Source of the DNA: a bacterium
GTDB lineage: Bacteria; CLD3; SB21
Reading direction: 5' to 3'
Length of the DNA stretch: 20,000 nucleotides
NCBI GenBank assembly: GCA_013360215.1
Contig: JABWCP010000003.1
Coordinates: forward strand, 182,100 to 202,099
In this document: positions 19,378 through 20,000 of the stretch, piece by piece
Layout of the letters: every line of letters starts with the position of its first letter
Numbering within the stretch: the stretch's first letter is position 1
Notes under the pieces: generated by a model
The model's database searches: none
What the model was told of the DNA's origin: nothing
The model's input: the letters and a program-made list of their open reading frames with translations, nothing else
Program-made: the position numbers and the translations under genes

Positions 19378-20000
19378 ATGAAACAAACCTGCCCGATAAG
19401 CCTCATGCTGATGGTGATCGTGATGCTGTTACCCGGCTGCGACCCTAAGGAACATGAGACGTATAAACCGCTCGAGTGCACAGATGGTAATCTGTCGCTA
19501 TCCGCGCAGGTGTGGCCATCGGGCTATGGCGATCCCTTTAACACCAAACGCGCTACCCGTCAGCGTGTGCATGCATGCGTCAGCGGCCCGACCTCCAAGC
19601 CCGCTTTGCAGTGGGGGTTTGAACTTGGTCATAACCAGCACTTCGCATCACCGGCTGTAGCCGATGACGGTACGATTTATGTTTTTGGCGCACCCAAACA
19701 AGATACTTTGCCTTTGCAGATCGGTGTGATGGCTTTTACTCCGTCAGGCTCACTCAAGTGGTTTTTCCCGGTACGATACCATACCCAACAGGCCGAGTTT
19801 TTCTACGAATCTTTAGCCATAGGCCATGACGGTACGATCTATGGCGGATTCGCTTCAAGGGACAGCAGCTACACGGCAATCAAACCCGATGGTACGCTCA
19901 AATGGCGCTACAAACTCAAGCTGTCAGGGCCTTTTACTGAAACCAGCGCTAAACCGGCGATCGGCCCGGATGGCGCGATCTATGGCGCCACGCGGGATAC
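19378..20000 (+). CDS. PQQ-like (BamB-type) beta-propeller lipoprotein, 3' end runs off the window
   Basis: Not in the track. MKQTCPISLMLMVIVMLLPG-C lipobox, WPSGYGDPFNT, and repeats SPAVADDGTIY, PSGSLKW, LAIGHDGTIY, PDGTLKW, PAIGPDGAIY. The frame is open to the end. Confidence 0.88.
   Translation, partial: MKQTCPISLMLMVIVMLLPGCDPKEHETYKPLECTDGNLSLSAQVWPSGYGDPFNTKRATRQRVHACVSGPTSKPALQWGFELGHNQHFASPAVADDGTIYVFGAPKQDTLPLQIGVMAFTPSGSLKWFFPVRYHTQQAEFFYESLAIGHDGTIYGGFASRDSSYTAIKPDGTLKWRYKLKLSGPFTETSAKPAIGPDGAIYGATRD

Noticed and set aside
19128-19481. Minus-strand ORFs of 117 and 67 aa over the hairpin region, considered as a type I TA toxin
   Set aside because: No convincing SD. They overlap the lipoprotein gene on the opposite strand, and the G-U pairs favour a + strand RNA.

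Overview
Bacterial chromosomal window, probably from a non-Bacteroidetes FCB-related lineage such as KSB1, Calditrichota or Ignavibacteria. This is an inference: a T9SS/FlgD-type C-terminal sorting domain occurs alongside canonical sigma70 promoters and Shine-Dalgarno sites. The left part holds dprA (partial), a three-gene envelope cluster (lipoprotein, 1372-aa Asp-box beta-propeller protein, TPR lipoprotein), a bidirectional terminator, a small secreted protein and a PP2C phosphatase. The centre is a long minus-strand replication cluster: dnaN-recF-dciA(DUF721)-DUF1801-gyrB-[88-aa protein + nucleotidyltransferase]-gyrA-hypothetical-ccmD-like, with no dnaA upstream. The right part holds a rhomboid protease and a partial PQQ-like beta-propeller lipoprotein. 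The two most notable observations are (1) a toxin-antitoxin-like nucleotidyltransferase pair tightly embedded between gyrB and gyrA, and (2) an unannotated ~100-nt rod-like RNA hairpin (19260-19358, 37 pairs, all G-U wobbles on the + strand) that buries a strong SD and a uORF start just upstream of the final lipoprotein gene. All structures and motifs were found by eye; no folding or database search was run.
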